Assembly: GCA_043228905.1 (NCBI GenBank)
Contig: JBHGNT010000018.1
Location: 4,030,001 to 4,094,000 of the forward strand
DNA from: Azolla caroliniana
Lineage: Eukaryota > Plantae > Polypodiophyta
DNA: 64,000 nucleotides
Direction of reading: 5' to 3'
In this document: in pieces, positions 24,115-36,500 of the stretch
How positions within the stretch are numbered: the first letter of the stretch is position 1
How the letters are laid out: each line of letters begins with the position of its first letter
Translations under genes and position numbers: made by a program
Notes under the pieces: model-generated
Told to the model about the DNA's origin: nothing
What the model saw: only the letters and a program-made list of their open reading frames with translations
Databases searched by the model: none

Positions 24115-24635
24115 GGACAATGCTTGCTAGGACTCAAGAGACATAGAGAGAAGTTGAATGACAACAATACAACCATGAAAACTCATCAACAGAGACTAAT
24201 CAAGACTTTCTTTAGCCATATCACTCATGCTACGAATCAATCAAGGACTCCACAAATGAGGTCTTGATCAAAACACTTGAAAGGGGTTACAATAGATCGG
24301 GCAATAGCAATGTGCTATGCATGTAGGCCATGATCATTCGGACTATGGGCTTGTCACTCTTGTCACCGACAATTCAGAACCATTATTACCTGTCCGCAAA
24401 GGTGCTTCCCTTGCTTTGGATCTCCATCTTGGAGAGGTTCACGTTGGAGATATTTTGAAGAACAAAAGTTTTAGTCTATCTAAGATTAGAATCTTAAACT
24501 CTTAGCTATACTTCTTTTGGTTTAGTATCCTATATTTAGTTATAGTTTATTTTGATTTTTTGCTCTCAAAGACGAGACAGAATTTCAAGATGTAATCTCT
24601 TGTTCAGTCTTATTGCCTCTTAAAAGATGTCGTTC
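24115..24635 (+). mobile_element. RTE-X-like LINE 3' fragment
   Basis: Encodes LLGLKRHREKL...IKTFFSHIT, homologous to ORF 26363-26758. 3' UTR CTCAAAGACGAGACA...GCCTCTTAAAAGA matches the reverse complement of 26076-26150. Confidence 0.65.
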
Positions 24636-24975
24636 TTCTGGCGTTTTTTCATAATGGGTATTATATTAGTAGATATAATAGACTGAATGATATTCTAGGT
24701 CACGTGACCATTTAGTGAAACCCCAACTTACAACGATTGCTGAAAATATGTGATGGATCACAAGGGTACATGCATGAGAAAGTACCTCTTCCTGCCTTTT
24801 CTCTCCACTACTGATAAGGAATTGCTCATGCCCCTAAACACTAAACCCCCCTAAATCCTTTACCCAAACCTCTAATACTTTGTTAAAATATGAGAACTAG
24901 AAGCAGATGCTTACTTACATTACTTGGATTCATTGCTAATCTTTTCAATTTATTTGATCAGGCTTAGGAACTGAT

Positions 24976-27900
24976 ATGGCGGTGGAAAAGGCTTCTCATC
25001 CTCTCCCCCCTCCAGACCCCGTTGGTATCTTGCGTGGACACAAAGCTTCTATCACAACGACTGCATTTCATGGATCCTCCTTACTCCTCTCAGGGTAACA
25101 TCTGATACTTTTACCTTTGTTTTCCATGGAATGTGCTTCTTTTCCAGCAGTTGTGATGTGTCTGCACAGGACATCATTTTTATCTTTATAGTTTCCTAGG
25201 TTTGATTAGATGTCTACAGCTGCTTCTTACAATGGGCATTTTTGAGCTAATTGTTACCTTTGTTTAATTTTTGGATCTGGCCATTGATTTATGCTATATA
25301 TACTTATAGTAAACCATGATGTCAGAGGTCTAATTAAATATAAAAAATGATATTTGATATTTTGAGTTTCAGTGGGCAGATTAAAAATGTTAAGGGAACA
25401 AGAGGAGGATTTCATGTATTTAATATAGCCAACTTGTAACTTGTCATGGCAATGTTATCTGTACTTGAATGGAAGCCATGAGCAAAATTCTTAATAATAT
25501 ATTAGAGATGCATGTGTAAATTTGTCTGGGAATGTTCAAATTATAAATTGTATTTGATATTTTTAATTTCACTGGGCATATTAGAAATTGCAAGAGAACA
25601 AAGGATGACTTCATTGATTTTATATATCCAAGTTTTTCTGTAACTTGTTATTGCAATGTTCTTTGTTCTTGAAAGGAAGTTGTGATGCCAAATGATTAAT
25701 AATATAATAGGCGATTCAAGTCCGAATTTGTCTGAGATTGTTTGAATTTGAAATGACAAAACAAGAGCATTATACCTGCATAAAATAACAAATATAGGGT
25801 ATAGTTTGTTGTTTCCATGTTTTAAGAATTTTTGTGGAAAAGAAAGAGCCATAGTCCTTGCTATACCCATTATTTGTATAAGTGATGAATATTTTTGTAA
25901 TACAGGATTTAAATTTTTCTGGGAATGCAATAAATGAAAGAAGAGGACTTGATGCTTATGATAATTCCTATATGTGCTATTTAATAATTCACAGTCAAAA
26001 TGACAAAATGTGCTATTTAATAATATGTGCTATTTGTTAGTTTTTGTGGAGAAAGAAAGAAAGATATCTTAACGTCTTTTAAGAGGCCAAAATGGCCTAT
26101 AAGACCAAATAAGATATTACATCTTGAGTGTTGTCTCGTCTTTGAGAACAAATCAAAATAAAATAAATATTACACAGTAAATATAAAAGTAAATAAGATG
26201 AAAAGAGAAGAAACGAGGGAATCTGGTTTTTGGCACATGTGAGATTCTCAAGTTAGGTATATTGTAGCTTTTGTCTTCGAAAGATCTCTAGCATAGGTCG
26301 ATCCAGAATGGAAATGTCTCCGAAGTGAGGGAAGCACCTACGATGGCGGGAGATAATGGCTTTTATCTGTCGATGACAAGGGTGATGGGGCTAAAGAAAG
26401 TTGTGATTGTTCTTTGTGGATGAGCTTGTGTGGCTGTATTCTTCAACAACTTTTCCCGATGTCTCTTGAGCTCTAGCAAGAAAAGTCCTAGGCATTGTTG
26501 GTCCTCATATTCCATTACCTTGCGTAGTGGGCCGAAGCCTTGTTTAAAGAGGCAATGGTATCTCCCTCTGATTTCATAAAAGACACTACAATGACAAACA
26601 TAGTGTTCCTCCAATTCCACTCCTTGATGACACAATTGGCAAATTCTCTCTTCTAGAGGTAGTTGTGTATATCTGCCTACCTCAATCTGTAGCTGATGTG
26701 ATGAAGTTCTTAGCTGCCCTTTCACACTACGCAACGCATAGGATAGATGTATGTCCATATAGGTGGCCTGATGACAAATCCATCCTCCGATGTATGTAAG
26801 AAGTGCGTCTTATAGTGGGCCATCTTTGTACCAAGTGTTTTGGGGCTGATCCATGTTATCTTGTTTTCCAAGTTAATAATATCAGTTCGGATCACTCTAT
26901 TCATTTCCACTTTGGTCATATTTAGGTGGGGACAGTCCAAGCTATATTGGAACGGCGGTAGTGCATTTATACTCATGCCATGCGACTCGAACCATTGCTG
27001 CATTTCAGCATACCAACAATGTGTGTCTCCATTTTCAGCAAGTTGTCTTGATGACATAAGTACCAAACTTGGGTACCTTCGTTTAGGGAGCTCCCACAGA
27101 CATTGGATAAATGTCACTGATCGGAACAATGCCTCGGTTATTATAGGTGCTGCTCCCATCTCTGCCCGGATTATATCGTGGGGCACCGATGAGAAATGAC
27201 AAAATGGAATGGCAATATGTACCCCCCCGATGGTTGTTCCCTCCATAGGTGGAGGTTGGTTTCAATTAGGACATAATGGGGGATATCTTACCTGCCACTA
27301 AATTGTATCATTATAGGCTTGTATTTGCTTATTGCATTGGTAATGGAAACTATGGTGTAGTTTAAAAAAAATTAAAAATTCACAGTCAAAATGTTTTGTT
27401 TTAGATGAATTAAACTTGGTGAGTTGCATCAAGATGTTATGAAGAGTATGTGCTAACATTACAGAAGAAAATGTATAATGTGATCAATGGACATCTTTTT
27501 TGGGTGTGATTATTCTGCTTCAAAATAACATGCAATCAATTAATATAACGTTAGAGTCTCAACTTGTTGATTCTTCTTCATAATGATATCTATGCTTTTA
27601 ATGATCTTGGTTTAGGGATTTAGACGGAGAACTCAAAATATGGGATATGGTTAAGCGTCGACCATTGACTTCTGCCAGGTATGTGTTTGCTCGTGGTGAC
27701 ATTGTTCCTGCAGTGCTCATAGGAAATTATTATTATTACGAAAGACCTAATTATATTGGAAGTAAAGCTGATGCATTGTCTGTATACACTTAAAAATCTG
27801 GGGTAATTGTTAAAGAAGACATTACTATTTTGGAAGTACAGTTGTTGATAAACCCATTAGTTTGGTATATAATTGAATAGTAGGAGTTTACATTATCCAA

Positions 27901-30900
27901 AAGGAAGGATCAGAAATTTATGTGGTTACACATGTAATACTTGTACATTAGAATGGTATTTATTGGATTCTTGCTGCTATATTAACAACAAAAAAATGAT
28001 TAGGATTTCTCCTGCTCTAAATTCTCTTATTGATGATTTGTCGGTTATTCACCCAGGGTGCATAATCCAGCTGCTGGTGTGATTGGTATTGCATCTCATG
28101 AGAGTTTGGGAAGCAAAATCTTGAGGTAAGTTTTGGTCTTTTCTTCATTGTAATATGTGCATATTTATAATGTGCTTGGTGTTAAAGTTTTTTCTCATGT
28201 AGCCAGGGCCGTGATGGCACTGTGAAAGTTTGGCAACTAACTGACGTATCCTTGTCAAGGTATAAGGACTTGCCAAACATAGTGGTTATTGCCAGATAAA
28301 AAAATCTTTATTGTTTGTGCATAAACGGGTCTTTCCGTATTTGTTATTCCAAATTATAGTTTCATTTTGGTCTTATTCTTTCTAACTTTTATGTTGTTTT
28401 GAAAATTCATTGTTTATCATTTAAAAAAATGACAGAGGCATTTGTTATGAGTACAGGCAGCCTTTGATCACAATTCAGACAGATTCATATCATTTTTGTA
28501 AACTTTCAATTTCAAGACCATCATCTTATGAAGTAGAGAGTGAAAGGTCAGGTGCATCACGGTGCAATGGCTCAGACTGTGAGTACAAGGGAATCATGTG
28601 TAGTCCTTAATTTGGTAATTTTAATCATATATTGCAAGGATAAAGAATCCTTAAAATTCTTTATTCTATTTTGTAATGCTATAGTCTAATTAGTTTTGAT
28701 TTTTGTAATGCTATAATCTATTAATATCCTTAGTTTTGTAATCCTATAGTCTTATTCTAAGGGCGTTCTATTTATTTTTTCTTGCAGCTACTGAAGGCCT
28801 TCCATGTTCTGATAGAGGGAAGCCTTTTTTGGCTCTAGCGGGCAGAAATCCCTCCATGGTATAATCTCTTCCTGAAGATATTAAAATGTCATCATCATCA
28901 TTTTATACATTTCTTTGTGCAATATTGTATCAATTTAAAACATTTGAATTGAAGGTGGAAGTGTGGGATGTAGCAGCTGGCAAGCTAGCGATTCAATTTG
29001 GCCAGGAGGCATCTCAAGATTTACAAAGTCCAGTGAAGTCTTCTGGTATGTATGCATGTATGTGTTGAACACTTAATCTATTGGTTCCAGATTTACTTGT
29101 AAACTTAATTGGCACAAAATGTTTCAATTATCAAGATCGCTATATTATGTATCTCAATTGAGTCTCAGAATTGTTTTTTATACTCTCCAGTTCCCTGACA
29201 TTTGTTTTGCATGAGCAATAACTATTTGTTGCGTGATCCATTTATGCAGGAATGTGTATGACACTTCAGGCATTTACATTGCCAAATGCCAATGGATTTT
29301 TGAACGTTATTGCTGGGTAAGTAAATGTCCGTATTGGTTAGTCATCTGAACAAGAAACTCGACACTGTTTTAGTTCTGCTACAACATGAAGGTATGAAGA
29401 TGGAAGCATAGCAATGTGGGATGTGCGTAGCACAAAAATACCTTTGTTAACGACGAGATTTCATCAGGAACCAGGTTCAATCTACACTTTTTCAGATTGT
29501 ATTGTCTAAATCTACATTTTTTGAATATTGTGTCAGTAGGTAGGAAATAAGTTTAATTCACATAGCATTTGATTTTTACAAGTTTATGTACAACAGTGTT
29601 GAGCATATCACTAGATGGCCCTTGTCATGGTGGAGTTTCCGGAGCTGCTGATAATAAAACAGTCTTCTTTAGTGTGGATTATCAACAGGTAATGAATGCC
29701 TCTTGTAATTCTGATATATTATTTCCCATTGTGGTAGTGTAGGGTTTAGGGTAACAGATTGGAACTGCATAAAAGTGTATTGCACTTGAGAAAAGATGGA
29801 AATTAGTTAGGTGGATTGTGAAGAATTGATTAATAGGAGAACCTTAGGGATTCTTCAAGATGGAAATTAGTTAGGTGGATTGTGAAGAATTGATTAATAG
29901 GAGAGCCTTAGGGATTCTTCAATTGGATCTGTTTCACCAAAATTTTCCTTAACACTATCTACATTCCAATTAACTGAAAATAATTTTAGTTTTTTGGATG
30001 CCTTAATGAATGGAATAAATTAAAATTTCATTATATTTTCTTCTTGTGAAAGGTGCTTGTAGAGCTATTTGCATCTTTTGGAATGAAAGCATTCTAAAAG
30101 TAGTAATATTTATAGATCTATCTATGTGTCTATTGTTCTATGTATAGATAAGATATATCGCTTAGTTAGAAATTCCACAAATGAACTAATAGACTGGCTA
30201 GTGGGATGCATGAAAAACATTGTTTGTAGTGGTCCTTAATAATTGAGAAAACAATGCAATTTGCATCACAAGTTGTGATATGCACTGATTGTTAAAACAC
30301 ATATTTTGGACAGAACACATGCTGTATACAAAAAGAAATAGTGCACGAACATCCTGGCATTCAAGATGTGTGTATTAGGAGAGATGATAAAATCGTTGCA
30401 ACAGCTGGTTGGGATCGCAGGTTGGTACTTAATGAAATGCGTATTATATGGTTTATGTTCAACTCTACAGAGAATTTTAATATTTTCTCAGTAATCTTCT
30501 TATTCTAACATTCTCTATTAGAGTGCGGATATATGACTACAGAAGGCGTCGACCTGTGGCAATACTAAGATATCATGCAGATTTGGTAATCCTTCTCTTT
30601 AAAAGATCAAGAATTAAATGTTTAAAATTGTTTTTACATCAGTGGAACTTGTTTTGTTTTATTTTAATTTTTAAGCTGAAAATATCTTTGTGAGTATAAA
30701 TGATTTATTTCCTTTTTTAAACGTTTTTATAGCTAATACTTTTGTGTGGCACATTATATTTGTTACTGGTACTTCCATGTGAGGTGAAAAGCCACAAAAC
30801 TCAACAAATACACCAAAAATGAGATCAAAATGATTGTTGTTATTTGCAGGTAAATTCTGTTAGTTTTTCAAATGATTGTAGACTTTTAGCTTCTGCTTCA

Positions 30901-30963
30901 AAGGATGGGACCATTGCCTTATGGTCTCTTTATCCACCAAAGGACGTGAAAGTTCTGACCTAA
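24976..30963 (+). CDS. DSE1: WD40 protein, DECREASED SIZE EXCLUSION LIMIT 1 / TANMEI-like (ASA1/GNB1L family), 13 coding exons
   Basis: Exons 24976-25094, 27616-27678, 28057-28125, 28203-28259, 28457-28578, 28788-28858, 28955-29045, 29250-29316, 29392-29474, 29597-29688, 30314-30420, 30522-30585, 30850-30963. All introns GT-AG and phase-compatible. Motifs PPPDPVGILRGH, SQGRDGTVKVW, YHFCKL, GYEDGS, ATAGWD, LASASKDGTIALWSLYPP. Probable 5' UTR intron 21837-24961. Confidence 0.92.
26050..27290 (-). mobile_element. RTE-X-like LINE, 5'-truncated, in intron 1 of the WD40 gene
   Basis: Frameshifted ORFs 26722-27246 and 26363-26758 with the C-terminal zinc finger RTSSHQLQIEVGRY..ERICQLC..EEHYVCHC..YEIR. 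Short (CTTT)n tail. Confidence 0.75.
29792..29921. repeat. Two-copy tandem duplication (about 64 bp) in an intron
   Basis: AAGATGGAAATTAGTTAGGTGG...TTAGGGATTCTTC occurs twice. Confidence 0.85.
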
Positions 30964-33197
30964 ATGGCATATCACATTATCAAAAGTGTGGAAACAGATT
31001 CTTACATCTAATGAAAAATATACTGAACAATGTACACACGACATGCAGTTCTTAACTTAATTTTATGTATTATACATGACATAACCCTTGGATATTATTC
31101 CTAGAAAACCCCGCCACTCTTATATGTACATGCATATCTATATGTTGTGTAGCAATACATGATGTTTCAATTGATTATCAAATATATACTTGTGACTCTT
31201 TCAACATTGAATTCTATAAAGCAAATAGTACAAAGGGGTTTGAATTTTCTTGAAAGGAGTTTCTATGGTGTCCATGTTGTGTATGTTTTGATTATGGAAT
31301 GGAAAGCCAATCAACTTTGCATGGTGGGATAGTGTGGAAGGTAATGGGCAAATTATATTTTGTATGTTACAAATTCTGTGTAAGTAGCAGGAAAGTATGT
31401 ATGCTCTAGTGTACCCATTTTAGTAGGGTTTTATGGCCACAATTGAATGGTACTAAATTTGGATACTAAATTATAAGCATGATATAAAGCAATGCTAAAT
31501 CATGTGCGCAAACAAATTTTGTATGGGTGCCACACAATAAGCGAAGAAAGCTCTACTTAGTGTAATAGTACCATAGTATGAACCATATGTACATTCGCAT
31601 TCTCGAATGTTTCAATCATTCGAGTATGGTAAACACCCTCGACGTATGGTAAATACCATACTTTTGTATTCATTATTTCTTATAAGGTAATTTTTTTAAA
31701 GGTAACAGTGTAAAAGAAAACATAAAAATGTTTTGATAACATACGCATTCGTATGAAAAAGAATGTTTGCCAATGCATTCGAGTATATTACATACTATTG
31801 AGTGTACAATTTATTTTTGCCATGTTATCTTCAATTGTTTTGATGCACACGATGGTAAGCTGCTTTTCAAATTTGTTTCAAAAATTGATGTCTTGGCTAC
31901 ATCCACCTCGAAACACTATATATTAAGGATACATTCTAGTGATGAGTTTATATTTGCACATGGCCTAAATTAAGGACTTGTACATGAGTAATGATGTATG
32001 GGATGCATGCTTTTTTTCTCTAGTTGATTCATATCATTAGGTTAAATGCGCCTTTGGAAGAACTATGGAGCATGCCTAAAAATCTAGGGAATGAAGAACA
32101 TGTTTTTTTTTGGGAACTATGATATTATCTCTTCTTATGCTTCATGTATCCACATTAATATTTTTGAATGGGCACCCCGCCCCCTCTCACCTTTATTATC
32201 ATGATCTTTTTCATAAATATAAGCTAGCGTGATTATCCAAACAACTTGAAAATGTAGCTAGAAAATTTTGTATATATGCTTTCCGTGAGCACCTTTGTAG
32301 ATTGCAAAATGAAAATATTTGATAGTTTGCATGGAAATATATGCTTAAATGGTCACATAAGCATTTCTGTGTTATTTTTCAATGTCTTTGTCACCATTTC
32401 GACCTACCCTTTATAGAAATCTTTTTATGAAAACGAAGCCAAAGCAGTTTTCAAAACATCACTTGTGGAAGAGACTTCCTACTTGATTTACTGCAGTTTT
32501 TGGCCTTGCATCGAACATCCAATGGACTACGGACTAAGAAATGGGCACTGCATGAAAATATGTATTTAGGGAGACCGCCCCATGAAGTACATCTTGTGCC
32601 TACGGGTCAATATAACTATCCAATACACTTGAAATCAGAGTATCCTGATAGGGTTCCCTTGTAGTGGGCCACGAAGCTACAAGCTCTACGGGAGCAGTAT
32701 TCTCTGAAAAGGGAAGGCCCTGACGAATAAAGGTTAGTGACATGCCCACTTGGAGACTTATGATCTCTATGGTCAATGGAAATGGACACTCCATAGATTT
32801 CTTTTTCAAGCTCAATTGTAAAATGTATTCATCACCATATCTATGTTTTTCGTTATGCTATGACCATAACTATTTGGAAACTTACTTTTGAAAGCAATCA
32901 TGTTGGGTTCAAATTGAATTGCCTTACCTCTTCTGGAAGGGAGATATGTGTCGTAACTTTGTTGGAAGGGCCCCCGGGAGCCTTCAGCTCGGAACGCACA
33001 CGTTTTCTCAAAAACTTCTGCTTCCAATGCGCAGAACCAGCCGATGAATCGTTTTGATTTATTGTTGTTTTACAATGTATTTTTTTGAATGCGGAGAGAT
33101 CAAGAGCCAGGTTTTTTCGATGATATATCTAGAACCCTCTAAATTCTATGTCTCAAAATTTTTAAATTTCTGAAAATAATCAATAAAGTATGGAGTC

Positions 33198-33263
33198 TAT
33201 ACTATATACATATACTATAGTCTATATTATATAGAATAGACTATAGTATATGTATATAGTATA
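33198..33263. repeat. Perfect 28-bp AT-rich inverted repeat
   Basis: TATACTATATACATATACTATAGTCTAT (33198-33225) pairs with ATAGACTATAGTATATGTATATAGTATA (33236-33263) across a 10-nt loop. Confidence 0.85.
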
Positions 33264-33457
33264 TAGACTATATAGTATAGACTATAGTATAGACTATAGT
33301 ATATGTAATGTAAGTGAATAACGCTCATGACTCATTAAAAGAGAAGGAACAAAAACAAACAGAAGAGAAAGATACTTGGGATACCCTCCAAATTTATGTC
33401 TCCAATTTTTAAATTTCAGTCAATGAAGTGTGAATGCTGCTTATAAGACAGCTACTC

Positions 33458-33502
33458 AACCCTAACCCTAACCCTAACCCTAACCCTAACCCTAACCCTA
33501 AC
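33458..33502 (+). repeat. (AACCCT)7 telomere-like array about 30 bp upstream of the RUS3 ATG
   Basis: Seven perfect 6-mers (TTAGGG type on the minus strand). Confidence 0.9.
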
Positions 33503-33531
33503 TCTCCATTTCGAAGAGACCCGAGACCGCC

Positions 33532-36500
33532 ATGGCCAGCGATGAAGCAACCGCGGTGCTTTGGGAAGAGATCGACTGTGCGAACATTCGCCCTGTTCGA
33601 ACTGCTCTTCTCTCTGCTCAGGGATCTTCATTCCATTTGATCCGGTGAAGTGAAACCGTTCTCTTTTTCTCGTCACTGCTTCATTTCGTGTTTTGGTATG
33701 AATCGGATTAAAGTATCGAGTAAGCTCTCTGAGACGCGTCTTTCTCTCCTGGCCTGTTTTGCAGAGAGAAAAGAGGCTCTTCTCTTCGCGTCTGGTCGAC
33801 CTTGACCTCTGCCTTTCTTCCTGAGGTAAGGGCAAACCTTTGACATGTGAGTAATGGATTTACCGGGAGATCAGTTCTGATTATGTGAAATACTAATGAG
33901 TACAGTGATTAGCCATTGTTGATAGAGATCCACGGTTTAACAGTAATGTGTAATCTCAATGAGGTCATAGATATGTAGTAATATGCTTAATGCTGATGAG
34001 CACAGAGTTCCTCTATCTTTATTGATGAGGTCGAGCGCCTGATTAGCCAGTGTTCCAGCTCTCTCTGTCTTGTCTTTATTGTCCCGGTTAGCTGACCTTG
34101 AGAATAGCTATCTGATATAGAATCACTGGAGTAGATACGTACATAGCCTCGAACATATTTTGAAGCTTCTGCCACAATGAGTAGGCGATCTTCCCTTCTA
34201 TGATGTTCAGGTAGAAGTTTTCCGCTAGGTGCATTCAGATAATCAATTGGGCTTTGGCATTGAGCTGTATCTACTTTGAAGCAGTCATGTGTGCTGGTTT
34301 TCCTGTGCGTTGCAATGCTTCCTCCAGTGATCTGAGCACAAACAAGCTCATCATGGATATACTCCTTCCACACAATGTACTTTTTTTTTGTTAAATTTGT
34401 GTCCCGTTGATGTTGGCGGAGTCCTCCATTTTTGATGCACCAGTCCTTTTTGTTCTTCCTTTGCATGGGTTTAAGGTTTAGGGTTTAGGATCCAAAAATA
34501 ATTCCGATTAACTGTGTTTGAGCTCGCCAATTAGAGCTCACACTCTGATTAGCTTGTATTCCACCGTACAATACAATGTGGGGACTGTTGTAGTTGTTGC
34601 TTGGAGCACTATGCTAGTTGTTAAGAGTGTGGTTTACTGAGGAAAGAAGTTGTAAACGCACTTAAAAGAGAATGAAAAACCAAAATAAGCAACAAGGTAG
34701 GTATGGGCTCGGTTCACGTGAGTTTCTTTGCCTTGAAACCAAACCAAACCGAGCCAAACCATTTATAGATAGTATAAACCAAATCAAACCGTTTATGAAC
34801 TCCCAAGCCATTTAAACCAAACCGTTTAGACCCAAGCCATTTAAAATAAATCATGTAAGGAAAAGGTAATCTGAGCCATTTAAGGAAAAGATGAAGCCAA
34901 CCGAACCATTTAATCATAAATTTAAACCAAACCATTTACGTCAACTTAGTCGAATAAATAGATTATTAAAATATGTCAAATTAAAAAACCATTAAATTAA
35001 ATATGCTTTTATCTTAAATTAATTAAATCAATAAACAAAAAGAGCATTAATTAAACCATTTAATTAATTAAACTATTAGACCATTAGAGAAATAAAAGAA
35101 AAGTCAACCAAAAACCAATAAACCATAAAATTGAATCACTTAAACCCATAAACTGATACACTTGAGTTTTAGAACCAAACCAAACTTAGACCATTAGGGA
35201 AAATTAGGGAGTCTTCTTTCTTTTAATCAAATGTAGTAAGTAGAATATTATCAGTTTGTATTTTTTAATTTGAAGAGGACAGTTTGCAAATTTGCCTAAC
35301 CAATCTGTTTTGCAGGGTTATCCAGGGAGTGTTACATCAGATTACTTGTCATTTCAATTCTGGGACACCATTCAGGTGTCGTAATGCTAAATAGCTGTGT
35401 AATGTTTCCTCCTCGTTTGTGTATATATTTATATCTGTAACAAATGATTTTATATGTTCGATTCGGAAGTTATCCACTGTGTTTGCTGCTGTTCTCTGAT
35501 GTCTTTCTATTTCTGTCTTCAGGGATTGTGTACGTATATTCGCAGCATGCTTTCAACACAAGTATGATTCTATTTATTGCTCTATACAGGAGCGTAGATT
35601 TTGATTATAAACAAAACTCAAGGTGCAAACATCTGTTGATTATGCATTTTGATAATCAGGCTCTATTAAGTGGCATTGGTGTTGGGCAGACCACAGCTAC
35701 TATAATGGGTGCAACTTTTCAGGTTTTGAACTCTTAAAATTCTCTTGATTTTTGTGCCTCTAAATACCTTTCGATAGGTGTGTACAATGACGGTGAACAG
35801 TCATTGGGCAGTGAATGGGAGGGTGGATTGTATATAGATCATCGAAGAGAAATGAACATTGCTTATATATTGCATAATAAAATTAATAAACCCATCAAAA
35901 CAAAGTACAGAAAAGTAGAGAAGGGTCAGAAAACAACAATGAATGCCAAAAAGAACTCAGATGTCATGTTTCTCACTGAATATGACTGTGTGATGCTCCC
36001 CACGAAGTCTTTCCCTGTATCATATATTGACTGGTGTTGATGATGTGATTATGGCACGAAATCCATAGGTGAAAAGTTTCTCAGTAAGTTTGGCAGGCCT
36101 GTCCCTGAAGAATTAAAAGGCAAATAAAAACACTGTGATGTATCATTTAAGGCATCTTGTTTTGTAGGCTATGTCTAATGTACTATACCTTGCTTTGGTT
36201 TTCCACATATATATAATTATACAGAATTAATCTCACATATGACCTTTTCTTTGGGTTGTAGTGGTTTTTGCGAGATTTCACTGGAATGCTAGGAGGTGTC
36301 ATCTTCACAATCTATCAGGTCCAATTGATTCAAGGCATCTTGAAGTGTAGTTTTGCATAATTATTAGGTTCTTTTTAGATGCTATACCCAGGTTCAAAAA
36401 TAGAACTCTCTGATGCAGGTGAAATATCTGGTTAATAACCTGATATGGTTGGACATGTGCTACTTTGAAGAATGTTCTTTCAGTTACTTTCTCATCACAA

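Noticed and set aside
31570-32121. Second CATAGT...GAACTATG hAT MITE
   Set aside because: Similar terminal words but no matching TSD, so at most an eroded relic.
33840-34466. 159-aa antisense ORF and possible C/D snoRNAs in RUS3 intron 2 (also 36038-36108)
   Set aside because: No recognisable protein motif. The TGATGA/CTGA pairs are too close or lack terminal stems, and I found no convincing rRNA complementarity. An Rfam/snoscan run would settle it.
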